The translations under genes and the position numbers were made by a program. The notes beneath the pieces were generated by a model. That model worked only from the letters and a program-made list of their open reading frames with translations. It did not search any database and had not been told where the DNA came from. 64,000 nucleotides of DNA from Candidatus Latescibacterota bacterium. GTDB lineage: Bacteria > Latescibacterota > UBA2968 > GCA-2709665. Positions within the stretch are counted from its first letter, which is position 1. Every line of letters starts with the position of its first letter. The DNA lies in contig OZ250150.1 in assembly GCA_965237675.1 (NCBI GenBank), positions 2,752,001-2,816,000 of the forward strand, read 5' to 3'. Positions 50,237 through 60,194 of this stretch are shown in pieces.

Positions 50237-50378
50237 TTGTTCCGTTTTGATGTATGTGAGCAGACAAGAATGTCCGCTCCACCCTCTCAAGCTCTCGTTC
50301 GATGTTTACATCACAGCCTATCAGGCTGCTCTCTTCGCCAATCCATCAGCTCCACCGCCGCACAATGGCTTTTGCCCC

Positions 50379-50407
50379 TGAGGCGATTCGCGGAAAAGCT
50401 GCCCCGC
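50379..50407 (-). repeat. 29-bp fragment of the multi-copy element
   Basis: Reverse complement GCGGGGCAGCTTTTCCGCGAATCGCCTCA matches 43538-43566 at 27/29. Confidence 0.75.
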
Positions 50408-50408
50408 T

Positions 50409-51212
50409 TCATTCAAGTCGAATGACGTCACTGGGTATTCGCAGTTCAAACCGGCGATCCGGAACGCCGGAATTGACTTTCCGGCTGACAACCTGAATCC
50501 GGATCCGGTCGTTGCCCTGGATCATCTCCATCTTTCCGGGAAGAACCACGCCGTTTTGCCGCCGGTATTCCGACAGGATTCGGCGAGACATCAATAGCCC
50601 GTCGGGCGTATATACCCGTTCTTCGAGCAGGACGGCGGTGCGGGGTTCGAATCGAAGGCGGCGCGTCCACAGCGGTTCAATGATTTCCACGATAAGACTG
50701 TCCCGGTGTGACGCGAACTCGCCGATGCGAGGTAAATTGAGTGGGGAGAGGTTGACGAGGCCAAGCAACGCGTGCCGAACGCCGTAAGGCGCGAGATCGA
50801 CACCCGTAATGGCGCGCAGCACGTCCTCCGGGGGTCCTTCCAGATAGTGGTTGGTCCTGGACAGATAGACGGCAAGGGAGTCCCCCTGCGCGCGGGCAGA
50901 CAGCACGCCGAACCCGAGCAGGGCATCTTTAATCTCGATTTTCAGTTCGTTGGGCGATCGATAGAAGAGTACGGCGAACCCCTTTTGTTTGATACCGTCG
51001 ACACGCATGTTGATGCCGGCGCGGATCTCCAGATCCTTGAGGCTGTCTGCACGCGAGGATACGATGTACAGCAGGTCGGCCGGGGTCGTTACCGGACCAA
51101 CGTCCGGGAGGCGGGAAAGGGATGCGGCGCAGCCGGGAAGTACCAGGAGGAGGAAATACAGGACAGGTGTTCGGGTGACGGAGCGCATTCCAGACCGCAA
51201 ATGGCACGCCAT
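50409..51212 (-). CDS. DUF4292/LolB-like lipoprotein (start 51212 or 51188)
   Basis: Lipobox LPGC, LolA/LolB-type beta-rich pattern, C-terminal FELRIPSDV; follows a TPR lipoprotein. Confidence 0.6.
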   Translation of the reverse strand: MACHLRSGMRSVTRTPVLYFLLLVLPGCAASLSRLPDVGPVTTPADLLYIVSSRADSLKDLEIRAGINMRVDGIKQKGFAVLFYRSPNELKIEIKDALLGFGVLSARAQGDSLAVYLSRTNHYLEGPPEDVLRAITGVDLAPYGVRHALLGLVNLSPLNLPRIGEFASHRDSLIVEIIEPLWTRRLRFEPRTAVLLEERVYTPDGLLMSRRILSEYRRQNGVVLPGKMEMIQGNDRIRIQVVSRKVNSGVPDRRFELRIPSDVIRLE

Positions 51213-51213
51213 T

Positions 51214-53124
51214 TCAGGGTCCGTTTGCGTTGATAGAGTCGAATGTCTGCAGTTTGCGCCGAATGGCTTCGTTGTCGGGATGGAGATCAACCGCCCTCTG
51301 CCAGTGCACGAGCGCTTCTTCTACGTTGCCGAGGGCCTGCGCGGCATCACCGACATGATCCAGAATAACCGATAGGTTCTCGCGCTGACCTGGCGTTCGG
51401 TCTTCCAATGCGATCTTTTCCAGCCTGCTTTCTTCCGCTTTCAGTGCCAGCTTGAGATAATTCATGGCATCATCGTACCGCTGCTGCTGGAAATATACCC
51501 ACCCCATGCTATCCAGGTACGCGCCATTTTTCGGATCGCCGCGCAGGGCCCGTTCAATATAGTCTTCCGCTTCACTGAGGCGAACGCCTTTTTCCGCGAA
51601 CATATATCCCAGATAGTTCAATGCCTGATGGTTGTTGGGCGCCCGGGCAAGCAGGTATTGAAATATGGCAACAGCGCTATCGAAACGTCCTGCACGCTCG
51701 TAACTGTGTCCCAGGTCGTAAAGCACTTCATCCAGGAGTTCCGTGTCGTCGCCCAGGCGAGTCTTCAGCCGTTCAAGAGTGGGAATCGCCTCTTCCCAGT
51801 TTTTCTCGGCCAGATAAGTACGGCCAATAGCCAGATGATACCGAAGTTCCTCTGGCCGGGCGCTTAGGGCATGGTTGTAGACGACTCTCGCCTGTTCCGG
51901 GCGGTTGGTGATCGCGTAAGTCCCTCCGAGGTCAAATACGACCTGGGAAAACAGGTCGGATTCCGTCGGCGTTCCGTGGAAGAGTCCATCAAGAATCTCG
52001 ATGGCGGGGTCCCAATCCCGTTCTTTCAGATAGGTATGCGCTACGCCCAGTCGATACCTTGGATCGGGCTCAAGCGATATCGCCTGGCTAAAGATACGTC
52101 GGGCTTCTTCGGGGCGGTCGGTGAAGAGTAGCAGCGACGCCTTCCGGCCAAGCAGGTCGTGTCGTTCCGGCATTTCAGGGATGAGGCGGTTCAGAAGGGT
52201 TTCCGTATGTCTATAGCGGCGCGTGGCCAGACCGCTTTCGGGCCCCGGACGTGGAATGCTCCCCGGGAGATATGTGGACAATCGGTCCAGAAAAAGCGTA
52301 TCCAGGGGCGTCTCCGAGATCAGGGATTCCACGTGGTCGTCACGATCGTAGATCGCAATGAGCTTCTCCCAGAGCGCGCGGGTCGTCTTATTAAAACGGT
52401 GTTGAAAATGGGTCAGACCGGAACGATAGACGGCGGCGGCTTCCAGGGTGTCGCCCGTAGCAAGCGTCAGGTCGCCGAGGCGATTCCAGATTTGCACCTG
52501 TTCCGGATCGCGATGCAGGATGCGGCGGTAGATGCCGGCTGCCTTCCGGGGCAGATTCAGACGCTGATACCCGTCGGCGATCAACAGATCGTGCCGGATG
52601 TTCGGAGCAGGCACGGTTGCGGCCCGATCCAGCACGCGGAGGACGTCCTGACGCTGCCCTTTGGTCGTGTAGATCTGGAGCAGGTGGGTATGGGCCCTAA
52701 AATCCGCGGGATTCAGACGGGCGATGGCTTCAAGCTGAGCCGTCGCCAGGAGCGTATCCCGGTGCCCTTTGATCAGGGTGTGATAAAGTAGCCATCGATG
52801 GGCGGGCGCCCCGGGTTCCAACTGCACGGCTTTTCGTGCATTTTCACCGGCTTCTGCAATCCGGTTCAACGAGATCAGATTGTGGGCAAGCGAGCTGTAC
52901 AGGGTGGCCGCAGTCGAGTCGATGGCAATGGCCGCCCTTAGCGCCTCTGTGGCCTCTTCAATTCGCCCTGTAAGTTCGAACCGTTTGGCGTCTATGAAAT
53001 GACCCATCGCTTGGGGATTGGGGCCGTGCGGTTGCGGCGGCGGACGATCGACGGCCTGGCGGGAAGCAGCGCACCCCGCGAGGCCGGTCAGAAGGAACAG
53101 GTAGAAAATTGGACGCGTTTTCAT
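51214..53124 (-). CDS. Tetratricopeptide-repeat lipoprotein
   Basis: Lipobox LAGC; multiple TPRs; ALNYLGY, YLDSMGWVYF, HVGDA. Confidence 0.88.
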   Translation of the reverse strand: MKTRPIFYLFLLTGLAGCAASRQAVDRPPPQPHGPNPQAMGHFIDAKRFELTGRIEEATEALRAAIAIDSTAATLYSSLAHNLISLNRIAEAGENARKAVQLEPGAPAHRWLLYHTLIKGHRDTLLATAQLEAIARLNPADFRAHTHLLQIYTTKGQRQDVLRVLDRAATVPAPNIRHDLLIADGYQRLNLPRKAAGIYRRILHRDPEQVQIWNRLGDLTLATGDTLEAAAVYRSGLTHFQHRFNKTTRALWEKLIAIYDRDDHVESLISETPLDTLFLDRLSTYLPGSIPRPGPESGLATRRYRHTETLLNRLIPEMPERHDLLGRKASLLLFTDRPEEARRIFSQAISLEPDPRYRLGVAHTYLKERDWDPAIEILDGLFHGTPTESDLFSQVVFDLGGTYAITNRPEQARVVYNHALSARPEELRYHLAIGRTYLAEKNWEEAIPTLERLKTRLGDDTELLDEVLYDLGHSYERAGRFDSAVAIFQYLLARAPNNHQALNYLGYMFAEKGVRLSEAEDYIERALRGDPKNGAYLDSMGWVYFQQQRYDDAMNYLKLALKAEESRLEKIALEDRTPGQRENLSVILDHVGDAAQALGNVEEALVHWQRAVDLHPDNEAIRRKLQTFDSINANGP

Positions 53125-53210
53125 AATTGACGATGGAAATCCGGAGGAATGGCGGACGGGCTCGCGGAGCCGCCGCGTGTGAGGTGATACAGATGTTTTT
53201 GCGATCCGGA

Positions 53211-54623
53211 TCAAAAAAGGTTGCCCGCTCGTTTTTCCAGTAGCAGCTTGCCGGTTTCGTTCTCAATGGGGATCGGGTAGTCTTGCGTAAAACACGCCGT
53301 GCAATACTGTAGAGACGAATTGGGGGCTACGCTGAGCATGCCGTCCAGAGAGAGATAACCCAGGCTGTCGACGCCGAGGTGTTCGCGGATCTCCTCCACG
53401 GTTTTCGCGCTGGCGATCAGTTCCTTCTTGGTCTGAAAGTCAATGCCGTAAAAACAGGGACCGACAATCGGAGGGCAACTCACGCGCACGTGAACCTGAC
53501 GGGCGCCGGCTTCCCGTAACATTCGAACCAGGTGTCGAAGGGTTGTGCCTCGAACGATGGAGTCTTCGACGACGACCACCCGTTTTCCGTTCAGAACACC
53601 CCGAACCGGGTTGAACTTGAGGCGAACCTTGGACGAACGACTGTCCTGTCCGGGCGTAATAAAAGTGCGTCCGACGTAGTGGTTTCGAATAAGGCCGATT
53701 TCGTGTTTGATTCCGGATTGGTTGGCATAGCCCAGCGTCGCGGTATTGCTGGAGTCCGGCACGGATATCACGATATCTGCGGTGGCAGGTTGTTCAATGG
53801 CCAACTGTCTGCCGAGCCGGCGCCGGGTCTTGTCGACGTTGTCGCCAAAGATGATGCTGTCAGGTCGCGAGAAGTATATGTATTCGAAGATGCAGAACGC
53901 GTGCCGTTCGGCTTCGGTGGTTGTGAATGCGCGGAGACCGTTCGCGTCTATCATGACGAGTTCACCGGGCTCGATGTCGCGAATATAACGTGCCGAGATG
54001 ATGTCCAGCGCGCATGATTCGGAGGCGACAATCCAGGCATCACCGAGCTTGCCCAGGCACAGCGGACGGAATCCGTAGGGATCCCGGGCGGCAAAGAGCC
54101 GGTTTTCCGTGGCCATGACAAGCGAATACGCGCCTTCGATCTGCAGGAGAGCGCTGGTGATACGTTCGGCCATCTTTTCTTCTCTCGACCTGGCGACGAG
54201 ATGGAGAATCAGTTCGCTGTCCGTGGTTGTTTGAAAGATGGCGCCGTCGTTCTGCATCCGGCTGCGGAGTTCGACTGTATTGGTGAGGTTGCCGTTGTGC
54301 CCGACGGCAAGAAAGGCGTCCCGGCATTCAGCCAGAAAAGGCTGGGCGTTGATGAGCGTGTTCGAACCTGTTGTGGAATACCGATTGTGTCCGATGGCCA
54401 GGTGGCCCGGCAGCCGGCCCAGCACGCCGACATCGGAGAACACATCGGCTACATGCCCCATTTCGGCGTGGCGAAATAGATACTCACCGTTGCCGGAAAC
54501 AATGCCGCTGCTTTCCTCTCCGCGGTGCTGGAGGGCATGCAGGCCCAGCGTGGTGAGTTTCGCCGCATCGTTATTCCCATATATGCCGAAGATGCCGCAA
54601 AAGTGTTTGACGTGTTGGTCCAT
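53211..54623 (-). CDS. purF: Amidophosphoribosyltransferase (Fe-S type, short propeptide)
   Basis: CGIFG after propeptide, LQHRGEE, HNRYST, VVVEDSIVRGTT, CFYGID and CTACF cysteines. Confidence 0.97.
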   Translation of the reverse strand: MDQHVKHFCGIFGIYGNNDAAKLTTLGLHALQHRGEESSGIVSGNGEYLFRHAEMGHVADVFSDVGVLGRLPGHLAIGHNRYSTTGSNTLINAQPFLAECRDAFLAVGHNGNLTNTVELRSRMQNDGAIFQTTTDSELILHLVARSREEKMAERITSALLQIEGAYSLVMATENRLFAARDPYGFRPLCLGKLGDAWIVASESCALDIISARYIRDIEPGELVMIDANGLRAFTTTEAERHAFCIFEYIYFSRPDSIIFGDNVDKTRRRLGRQLAIEQPATADIVISVPDSSNTATLGYANQSGIKHEIGLIRNHYVGRTFITPGQDSRSSKVRLKFNPVRGVLNGKRVVVVEDSIVRGTTLRHLVRMLREAGARQVHVRVSCPPIVGPCFYGIDFQTKKELIASAKTVEEIREHLGVDSLGYLSLDGMLSVAPNSSLQYCTACFTQDYPIPIENETGKLLLEKRAGNLF

Positions 54624-54855
54624 CGCCCCTCCTGGTCGGGGATGTGTGAGTTGAATGTGCTCGGACGAACTGCAATTGCGCAGAAGGGTTGGCAGGCCAC
54701 CCGCTGGAGGCCCGCTGCGTTGCGTGAGAATCCTGGCGGGCCAGGGCGCCGCATCGTCGTTCGGGATCCGAGCCGGTGAAATCTCCCGGGCCACGTCTCA
54801 TGCCGGGCAGTCCGAAAGACCCACCCGACCAGGGGAGCACGCGCAACCGGAACCG

Positions 54856-57021
54856 TCAGTGCCTGCGTCGTCGGCGTTTTCCGGGTTTCGTTCTCCGGCG
54901 GCTGTCCCTTTCCGGCGTGGAACCGCCTTCTTGCAACAGAAAATCAAGCCGGCGGAATCTCCGGTCCGCCCGTGCAAGCTGAACCACCACGGGGTCGCCC
55001 AACCGGAACCGCCTGCCGGAACGTTCTCCAGTCAAAGCGCCCTCGATTTCGTGGTAGACGTAGTAATCGTCTCCCAGTGTACTGACTCTGACGAGTCCGT
55101 CGATCAAAAAATCGTCGAGCTGTGCAAAGAAACCAATGGGCCGGACACCAACGATTACGGCGTTGAAGGCGTCGCCGACGCGGTCTTCCAGAAAACGGAT
55201 CTGTTTGACTTTGATGGACGCACGTTCCGCCTCCTGAGCGACGGTTTCCCGGCTGGTTGCCAGGCCGCCGAGCGTGGGCAGTCGTTCCCTGAGCCCGTCC
55301 TTCTGTTCTTCGGTCAATCCGCCGGCTTCCTTCAACAGGCGGTGAACCAGCAGGTCCGGGTAGCGACGAATGGGGGAGGTGAAGTGGGTGTAGGTGTCAC
55401 AGGCAAGGCCGAAATGGCCGATATTGTCGGGAGAGTAGACGGCTTTTTTCATGGACCGCAGCAGCCACGCATTCAGTACCTGGCCGGACGGCTTTCCTTC
55501 AACCGCGGCCAGAAACTTCTGAATGTCGGTGGGTGTGATCCGATCCCGGCGTGGAAACCCGAACCCGAAGGCGGCGGCCGTGTTTGCAAAATCCGCGAGT
55601 TTTTGCGCGTCCGGCCTTTCATGCACCCGGTACAGGCCGGGCAGAGTCCGGTCTCGCAGATGGCTGGCCACGGTTTCATTGGCGAGCAGCATGAACTCTT
55701 CGATGATACGGTGACTGTCCAGGCGTTCGCTTTTCCGAATCGCGGTGACATTGCCCTCGGGGTCCAAGACGATATGCGGTTCGGCAATGTTGAAATCAAT
55801 CGCGCCCCGTTTTATCCGGCGGCGGGTGATACGCCTGCGCAGGTTGTCCATCTTCCGCACGAGGGCGGCGTGGGGGGGCGCCTTGGACGATCCGTTTCCG
55901 TCCAGAAACTTCTGGGCTTGCCGGTAGGACAGTTTTGCCCGGCTCCGGACCAGGGACGGTGCGATCTCCGTCTTCAGTGCACGGCCGTTCGAATCCAGAT
56001 CGATAATGACGCTGACGGCGAGCCGGTCCTTTCCGGGAAGAAGGGAGCACAGATTGGCGGACAGGCGCTCCGGCAGCATGGGAATGACCCGGTCGGCGAG
56101 ATACACGCTGGTTCCCCGCGTGAGGGCCTCATGGTCCAGGGGGCTTCCTTCCTTAACATAGTAGCCGACGTCGGCAATGTGTACGCCCAACCGGCATCCG
56201 CCTCCCGGTCGATCTTCCAACGAGACGGCGTCGTCGTGGTCCCGGGCGTCTTCCGGATCGATGGTAACGCACAGGAGATGGCGAAGGTCCAGCCGGTTAC
56301 GAATCTCCAATTCAGGGGCGTGATCTGGAAATTCCTCTGCGGCTTCGAGCACGTGCGGGGGAAACTCGATGGGCAGGCCGTACTCTTTCACGACGGAAAG
56401 GGTATCGATGCCGGGGTCGTCGGGGTGTCCCAGGACTTCGACGACCTCGCCTTCGGGATCGGGATTTCCCGGGAGCCAGGATCGGAGGCGGGCAACGACC
56501 ACCTGGCCGTCCCGTGCCCCTCCGGCATCGGCGGGGGAGACGTAGACATCTCTGAGAATTCGGGGATCGTCCGGTTCTACGAGGCCAAAGCGGGTTCCGG
56601 CGCGATAAATTCCCAAAACGCTTCTGGCGCCGCGTTCCAGCACGCGGACGATCTCGCCTTCGGGTTTGCCGCCGGCCCTGCGCGAGACCCGGGCCACGAC
56701 GCGGTCGCCATGCAACGCGCCGCGCAGGCCGCCAGCCCCGATGAAGATGTCCGGGTTTCCTTCATCGGGGCAGACAAATCCGAATCCGTCGGGGTTAACG
56801 CTGAGTCGACCCGTGACGAGGTTGAGCCTGCCGGGAGGTCCTAAGCGGTTGTTGCGCTGCCTGACAATGACACCTTCCCGTTCGAGTTGGACGAGCAGGC
56901 GTCGAAAACGCCGGTAGTCTTTTTCGGGTACCCTCAACGCCCGGCTCAGCTCGCGAGGTTTGAGCGGGCGAACCGTTTCTTTGCTGATATAAGCCAGAAC
57001 CCGGTCACGGGTTATGGGCAT
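54856..57021 (-). CDS. rnr: Ribonuclease R
   Basis: TIDPEDARDHDDA, EEFMLLAN, HFTSPIRRYPD, C-terminal S1 domain and basic tail. Confidence 0.96.
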   Translation of the reverse strand: MPITRDRVLAYISKETVRPLKPRELSRALRVPEKDYRRFRRLLVQLEREGVIVRQRNNRLGPPGRLNLVTGRLSVNPDGFGFVCPDEGNPDIFIGAGGLRGALHGDRVVARVSRRAGGKPEGEIVRVLERGARSVLGIYRAGTRFGLVEPDDPRILRDVYVSPADAGGARDGQVVVARLRSWLPGNPDPEGEVVEVLGHPDDPGIDTLSVVKEYGLPIEFPPHVLEAAEEFPDHAPELEIRNRLDLRHLLCVTIDPEDARDHDDAVSLEDRPGGGCRLGVHIADVGYYVKEGSPLDHEALTRGTSVYLADRVIPMLPERLSANLCSLLPGKDRLAVSVIIDLDSNGRALKTEIAPSLVRSRAKLSYRQAQKFLDGNGSSKAPPHAALVRKMDNLRRRITRRRIKRGAIDFNIAEPHIVLDPEGNVTAIRKSERLDSHRIIEEFMLLANETVASHLRDRTLPGLYRVHERPDAQKLADFANTAAAFGFGFPRRDRITPTDIQKFLAAVEGKPSGQVLNAWLLRSMKKAVYSPDNIGHFGLACDTYTHFTSPIRRYPDLLVHRLLKEAGGLTEEQKDGLRERLPTLGGLATSRETVAQEAERASIKVKQIRFLEDRVGDAFNAVIVGVRPIGFFAQLDDFLIDGLVRVSTLGDDYYVYHEIEGALTGERSGRRFRLGDPVVVQLARADRRFRRLDFLLQEGGSTPERDSRRRTKPGKRRRRRH

Positions 57022-57439
57022 GGCGAGTTTCCATCCCGGGCGCGGGAGATCCTGAAACCATCCTGAGGGGTCGGTGCCATCGCTATTCTCTTGATGCAGG
57101 CAGGTAAATTCCTTACGTTTGAGCGGCCGATTGAGTTCGTATTTAATATATAGGTTGGCGCCAGGAAAACCAAAAACAAAAGGGCACGAAGGTAGCAAAT
57201 ATCCATAAAAACAGAATCAGGTTGTGGTGCGGTTGAACCGGGTTGTTCGTGTCTTGAGTTCAGCGACAGGCGATTCGACCCTTCGATGCCCGGTTCAGGC
57301 GGGTCCGGAAGAGCCCGGCGCAGGCCTCCAATCCATACCCCCGATGTCGCGCGTGCTTGCCGTGGGGGCCCCTTGGTCCAGTTTCCGATATCTTGTGACA
57401 GTCCGATAATCCAGTCAACTTTTCCGAAGGAGATTCGTT

Positions 57440-57901
57440 ATGAGACGTCTGGTTCCGGCAATTCTCCTCCCGCTCTTTCTGCTTGCTTCGCGTGGGTCGA
57501 CGTTTGCGCACTGTGAAATTCCCTGTGGGATCTATGGCGACGAGGCCAGGTTCTCGGCCATTGCCGAGAATTTGAAGACCATTGAGAAGTCAATGAATCA
57601 GATCGTCCAGCTTTCGGCCGATGCCGGCAAGAATATGAATCAGCTGGTGCGATGGGTGAATAACAAGGAAAAACACGCGGACGACATTCGTGAGATTGTG
57701 GCCCAGTATTTCCTGGCGCAGCGCATCAAGACGCCCGAGGGCGACGATCCGTCCGCGCGTCAGGCCTATTCGGAGAAGCTGGCATTGCTCCATCAAATGA
57801 TCGTTTCGGCGATGAAATGCAAGCAGACCACCGACCCTGCCCACGTGAAGAAATCAAAGGAACTGTTGCAGGCGTTCCAGGCGCTGTACAATCAGAAATG
57901 A
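57440..57901 (+). CDS. sodN: Nickel superoxide dismutase precursor
   Basis: Ni-hook HCEIPCGIY directly after a Sec-type leader; NQLVRWV.NKEKHA, YFLAQR. Confidence 0.93.
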   Translation: MRRLVPAILLPLFLLASRGSTFAHCEIPCGIYGDEARFSAIAENLKTIEKSMNQIVQLSADAGKNMNQLVRWVNNKEKHADDIREIVAQYFLAQRIKTPEGDDPSARQAYSEKLALLHQMIVSAMKCKQTTDPAHVKKSKELLQAFQALYNQK

Positions 57902-57945
57902 AGGGTCGCGGGCTCTTTTCGCCCTGAATCCGCGAGAAATTCCAA

Positions 57946-57978
57946 ACCGGGTCTTCCGAGGAAGGCCCGGTATTTTTT
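57946..57978 (+). terminator. Intrinsic terminator after sodN
   Basis: CCGGGTCTTC-CGAG-GAAGGCCCGG stem plus TATTTTTT. Confidence 0.7.
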
Positions 57979-57999
57979 CTTGTAACAGCCAAATTTTCC

Positions 58000-58028
58000 T
58001 TGCCAAGAATATCCAAGTTTGATATATT
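58000..58028 (+). promoter_or_regulatory. sigma70 promoter of groESL
   Basis: TTGCCA, 17 bp, TG-extended TATATT, immediately upstream of CIRCE. Confidence 0.7.
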
Positions 58029-58037
58029 GGTTGACTG

Positions 58038-58064
58038 TTAGCACTCATCAAGCCAGAGTGCTAA
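58038..58064 (+). promoter_or_regulatory. CIRCE operator (HrcA binding site)
   Basis: Perfect TTAGCACTC-N9-GAGTGCTAA upstream of groES. Confidence 0.97.
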
Positions 58065-58137
58065 CAGCGACGTTAAGCATTTAAAATCAATAAATTTAAC
58101 GCCGATCCCGGCTCATTTTTTCAAGGAGGTTAGAGAC

Positions 58138-58434
58138 ATGGCAGTCAAGGTGAAACCGCTGGGAGATCGTGTGCTGGTCAGGCCCCAGGAAGAAGAAGAG
58201 CAGGTGAAGGGTGGCATCATTATTCCTGACACGGCAAAAGAAAAGCCTCAGCGCGGTGAAGTCGTGGCCGTCGGAGATGGTAAACTGGACGATTCCGGCA
58301 ACAGGATCGCGCCGTCCGTGTCATCCGGCGACGTGGTGCTTTACGGAAAATATTCCGGCACGGAGATACGGCTGGACGACGAGGATCATCTCATTATGTC
58401 AGAGAGCGATATCCTGGCGATTATTGAAGACTAA
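58138..58434 (+). CDS. groES: Co-chaperonin GroES
   Basis: [33 protein letters not shown]. Confidence 0.98.
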   Translation: MAVKVKPLGDRVLVRPQEEEEQVKGGIIIPDTAKEKPQRGEVVAVGDGKLDDSGNRIAPSVSSGDVVLYGKYSGTEIRLDDEDHLIMSESDILAIIED

Positions 58435-58473
58435 TGCGATTCCTTAATTCAAAGATACGTCAAGGAGGACGAT

Positions 58474-60096
58474 ATGCCGAAGCAGCTTGAATTCGATGTT
58501 GCGGCCAGAGATGCGCTGAAGCGTGGCGTGGATCAACTGGCCGCGGCCGTTAAGGTAACGTTGGGCCCAAAGGGCCGGAACGTGGTGCTGGACAAGAAGT
58601 TCGGATCCCCCACGGTCACCAAGGACGGCGTGACGGTAGCCAAGGAAATCGAACTGAAAGATCCCTATGAAAATATGGGCGCTCAGATGGTGAAGGAAGT
58701 CGCCTCCAAGACCTCCGACGTGGCAGGCGATGGCACCACGACCGCAACCGTGCTGGCTCAGGCGATCTACACTGAAGGGCTGAAAAACGTGACCGCCGGC
58801 GCCAACCCCATGGACCTGAAGCGGGGCATCGACAAGGCGGTGACAACGGTCGTGAAGGCAATCCATGAAATCAGCAAGCCGGTTGCCGGGCACACGGAAA
58901 TCGCTCAGGTGGCTACGGTTTCCGCCAACAACGATAAGGCAATTGGAGACCTGATTGCCGAAGCCATGGAAAAAGTCGGTAAAGATGGCGTCATTACAGT
59001 GGAAGAGGCGAAATCCATCGAAACCGGGCTGGAAGTGGTGGAAGGCATGCAGTTCGATCGTGGTTATCTGTCGCCTCATTTCGTGACGGATCCGGACAAC
59101 ATGGAAACGGCGCTTGAAGACGCCTATCTGCTGATCCACGACAAGAAGATCTCGGCGATGCGGGATTTGCTGCCGGTTCTGGAAAAAACGGCGCAAACGG
59201 GCAAGCCGTTGCTGATTATTGCCGAAGATATCGAAGGTGAGGCCCTTGCCACGCTGGTTGTAAACAAGATTCGCGGTACGCTGAAGGTGGCGGGGGTCAA
59301 GGCGCCCGGCTTCGGCGACCGGCGCACGGAGATGCTGGAAGATATCGCCATCCTGACGGGCGGCCGCGTGCTGTCCGAAGACGCGGGGTTCAAGCTGGAG
59401 AACGCGACCACGGCGGATTTGGGGCAGGCCAAGCGGATCACGATTGACAAGGACAACACGACAATCGTGGAAGGCGGGGGTGAGTCCGCAGATATCCGCG
59501 GCCGGGTCGGACAGATCCGGCGTCAGATCGACGAGACGACTTCCGACTACGACAGCGAGAAGCTGCAGGAGCGTCTCGCCAAGCTGGCGGGCGGCGTGGC
59601 GGTGGTGAACGTGGGCGCGGCGACGGAGACGGAGATGAAGGAGAAGAAGGCGCGCGTAGAAGACGCGCTGCACGCCACGCGGGCGGCCGTGGAAGAGGGA
59701 ATCGTTCCCGGCGGCGGCGTGGCCTTTCTCCGCGCGATCGCCTCTTTGGATCAGGCCCGGAAAGATGCGCGCGCCGACGAGAAAATCGGCGTGGAAATTG
59801 TCCGACGGGCCCTGGAGGAGCCGCTCCGGCTGATTGCCGATAACGCCGGTGTCGAGGGCGCCATTGTGGTGCAGAAGGTAAACGCCGGTGAGGGCGCTTA
59901 TGGATTTAACGCCGACACCGAGATTTACGAAGACATGATCTCCGCCGGATTGCTGGATCCCACGAAGGTAGCGCGCACGGCGCTGGAGAACGCGGCCAGT
60001 ATTGCCGGGTTGCTCCTGACCACCGAAGCCATCGTGGCGGATATTCCGGAAGAAGAAAAACCTCCGCCAGCGCCTCCGGGCGGCGGGATGTACTAG
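58474..60096 (+). CDS. groEL: Chaperonin GroEL
   Basis: [33 protein letters not shown]. Confidence 0.99.
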   Translation: MPKQLEFDVAARDALKRGVDQLAAAVKVTLGPKGRNVVLDKKFGSPTVTKDGVTVAKEIELKDPYENMGAQMVKEVASKTSDVAGDGTTTATVLAQAIYTEGLKNVTAGANPMDLKRGIDKAVTTVVKAIHEISKPVAGHTEIAQVATVSANNDKAIGDLIAEAMEKVGKDGVITVEEAKSIETGLEVVEGMQFDRGYLSPHFVTDPDNMETALEDAYLLIHDKKISAMRDLLPVLEKTAQTGKPLLIIAEDIEGEALATLVVNKIRGTLKVAGVKAPGFGDRRTEMLEDIAILTGGRVLSEDAGFKLENATTADLGQAKRITIDKDNTTIVEGGGESADIRGRVGQIRRQIDETTSDYDSEKLQERLAKLAGGVAVVNVGAATETEMKEKKARVEDALHATRAAVEEGIVPGGGVAFLRAIASLDQARKDARADEKIGVEIVRRALEEPLRLIADNAGVEGAIVVQKVNAGEGAYGFNADTEIYEDMISAGLLDPTKVARTALENAASIAGLLLTTEAIVADIPEEEKPPPAPPGGGMY

Positions 60097-60131
60097 AAGC
60101 GAAGTTTCCACTCCAGAGCGGAGGTCAGCAC

Positions 60132-60172
60132 AAAAAAAGAAACGCGCCCTGTCCGGGGCGCGTTTCTTTTTT
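60132..60172. terminator. Bidirectional intrinsic terminator between groEL and moeB
   Basis: AAAAAAAGAAACGCGCCC...GGGCGCGTTTCTTTTTT. Confidence 0.88.
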
Positions 60173-60194
60173 CAGATGTTGCCGTTCCCGCGTC

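Noticed and set aside
54655-56844. 729-aa plus-strand ORF
   Set aside because: Antisense shadow of rnr in GC-rich DNA; no recognisable motifs
57200-57439. Nickel-responsive operator or NiCo riboswitch upstream of sodN
   Set aside because: Only a short TCCGATA direct repeat; no recognisable consensus
58444-60111. 555-aa minus-strand ORF
   Set aside because: Antisense shadow of groEL caused by codon bias
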